A DNA stretch of 44,047 nt from a virus (Duplodnaviria; Caudoviricetes). The DNA lies in IMG/VR virus record IMGVR_UViG_3300048857_000003, positions 1-44,047 of that record. One strand, written 5' to 3'. The notes beneath the pieces are model-generated. The model was not told where the DNA came from and searched no databases. It was given only the letters and a program-made list of their open reading frames with translations. Within the stretch, counting starts at the first letter, position 1, and every line of letters starts with the position of its first letter. Position numbers and translations under genes: made by a program. Positions 42,649-44,047 of this stretch are shown piece after piece.

Positions 42649-43259
42649 ACTGCTGCCCTCTTCAATTCTCTGGTCAATGCTCGGTAATGGGCCTTGATGG
42701 CCTGAAGATCGTCGATGGTGTAACGCTTGGCCTCATGCGGTCCTTCCAGCCAATCAACCTTGTCGGCACCGATCCGGCGCACAAGGTTGATGCGGTAGTT
42801 CACGATGTCGCCTGACTTGTGGTTGTTGCATGGCTGACACTGCTTCCAACAGTTGAGCGGCTCGAAGCGTAGTTCCGGGCTGCTAGATACCGTCCGATAA
42901 TGACCAGCGTGCCATTGGCCCTCATGGAAGCGTCCGCAGCTAATGCATGGCTGATCGGCATCACGCATTCGGATCCACTCATTGAAAACTTGCTGGGTCT
43001 CTTTCATGTAATCGGAGCGGGACTTGAGCTTCTTCTTGGCCTCCCTAGCCTCTACGCGCTCCTTCCTGGCGTTTTCTTGGCTTGCCTTGAGCTTCTTAGC
43101 CTCAGCCATAGAAATCGCGCAGGAAACGCTACAAGCGACTTGTAGCGGACGGGACGGAACGAACTCAGCCCGACATGCAGGGTTACGGCACTTCTTTTTC
43201 CGCAGCTTCCTGGGGGACTGAGGGATGCCAGATGGCTTCTTCTGGATGACTGTGCTCAT
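42645..43259 (-). CDS. ninG: NinG/Rap-family endonuclease
   Basis: FNEWIRMRD.DQPCISCG...AGHYR...QCQPCN. Confidence 0.92.
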   Translation of the reverse strand: MSTVIQKKPSGIPQSPRKLRKKKCRNPACRAEFVPSRPLQVACSVSCAISMAEAKKLKASQENARKERVEAREAKKKLKSRSDYMKETQQVFNEWIRMRDADQPCISCGRFHEGQWHAGHYRTVSSSPELRFEPLNCWKQCQPCNNHKSGDIVNYRINLVRRIGADKVDWLEGPHEAKRYTIDDLQAIKAHYRALTRELKRAAV

Positions 43260-43531
43260 ACGCGCCTCCATCTCATCAGCATCACGCCGGCTTCTAACGG
43301 CCAAAGCAGAACAGCAATGCCGTGGATCAGGCACAAGCGGGCAAAGGAGTTCTGCTGCATTGATCGCGTATGGAACTGGCGAAACCGACTCTTGCGAGTA
43401 AGGTTTACCGCGTAAATAGTGAAATGAGCGGCAACCGAAACCGATAACCATGCCGCGGCATAAGTCCTAATGAACTCATCTAGAGCGTGAAGCCAGCCAA
43501 CATTCACCTGGATAATGAGGACATCGTTCAT
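43256..43531 (-). CDS. membrane hypothetical protein
   Basis: Two hydrophobic segments; ATGA overlaps. Confidence 0.6.
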   Translation of the reverse strand: MNDVLIIQVNVGWLHALDEFIRTYAAAWLSVSVAAHFTIYAVNLTRKSRFRQFHTRSMQQNSFARLCLIHGIAVLLWPLEAGVMLMRWRRV

Positions 43532-43791
43532 TGCCCAGCCTCCAGCAAGTTGTACTCGCGCAGCCAGTCAGCACCTACGCCGTCATAAACCATTCCGTTC
43601 TGGCCTACTGCATCGATGTGAGATTCATCGAAAAGGTCCTGCTGGTCGTTCGGCCATACAGGGAAGCGCTTCTCTCGCACCGTATCGGCGTACTCGCAAG
43701 CCGCGCCGAAGGTGGAGAACGTTACTGTCATGCCGTCATGCTCGACTGTTACGGCGCTTGGGTTGCCATTGTTGATCAAGAGTCCTTTCAT
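43528..43791 (-). CDS. hypothetical protein
   Basis: 87 aa from ATG 43791; IDAVGQNG. Confidence 0.6.
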   Translation of the reverse strand: MKGLLINNGNPSAVTVEHDGMTVTFSTFGAACEYADTVREKRFPVWPNDQQDLFDESHIDAVGQNGMVYDGVGADWLREYNLLEAGQ

Positions 43792-44047
43792 GCTGCTTGC
43801 CTCCATTCGCCTGCCAGCAAGGGCCATCCCTGCTCTGCCGCGTACTGCTCAATCTGGATCATGTATTCGCCGAACTCATCGACGCTTAGCTTGGTAGTGC
43901 TGATGCCGCGTAGCTCGGTAGTGCCATCGGGCATAGCCAGTTCTTCGCAGCCAATGAAGGTGCGCTTGAAGAACTCATGCCACGTCTGGTCGCTGAACTG
44001 CTTGCCATCGATCCAGGCCATACCGGACAGCTCGCGCAGCAAGAGCC
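43788..44047 (-). CDS. ninB: NinB-family protein, C-terminal part (start lies outside the window)
   Basis: WHEFFKRTF...STTKLSVDEFGEYMIQIEQYAAEQG. Confidence 0.8.
   Translation of the reverse strand, partial: LLLRELSGMAWIDGKQFSDQTWHEFFKRTFIGCEELAMPDGTTELRGISTTKLSVDEFGEYMIQIEQYAAEQGWPLLAGEWRQAA

Noticed and set aside
43260-43451. N-terminal extension of NinG in the ORF track
   Set aside because: It overlaps the upstream membrane gene; a GGAGG SD supports ATG 43259

Overview
The window is a near-complete genome of a temperate, lambdoid, long-tailed (siphovirus-type) phage, most likely of Pseudomonas. It is in the excised/attP form: the 3' half of tRNA-Pro(GGG) lies intact between the integrase and the end of the tail operon. 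Both window ends cut genes in the nin-like region (DUF4031-like at the left, NinB-like at the right). Minus strand 1-3130 carries cro, the O/P replication genes and small genes. Plus strand 3247-13342 carries cI, a membrane gene, the PL-type early operon (structured RNAs, ERF, SLOG/DUF2493, SSB, many small ORFs), xis, int and an HNH gene. Minus strand 13706-44047 carries nin/Q/HNH, lysis, terminase, head and tail genes. Three features stand out. (1) A ~600-nt non-coding tract in the early operon holds two tRNA-like RNA cassettes with different internal cargo but almost the same closing stem; one is C4-like and the other has a canonical T-arm. (2) A moron block in the tail operon has a YafO-like toxin paired with a 53-aa non-YafN partner, plus two orphan antitoxins (a HigA and an isolated HigA2-like toxin-binding segment). 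(3) A GH5 cellulase-like enzyme and an SGNH esterase are inserted in the late region and may jointly degrade acetylated exopolysaccharide. All family calls come from motif recognition by eye; no database search was run.
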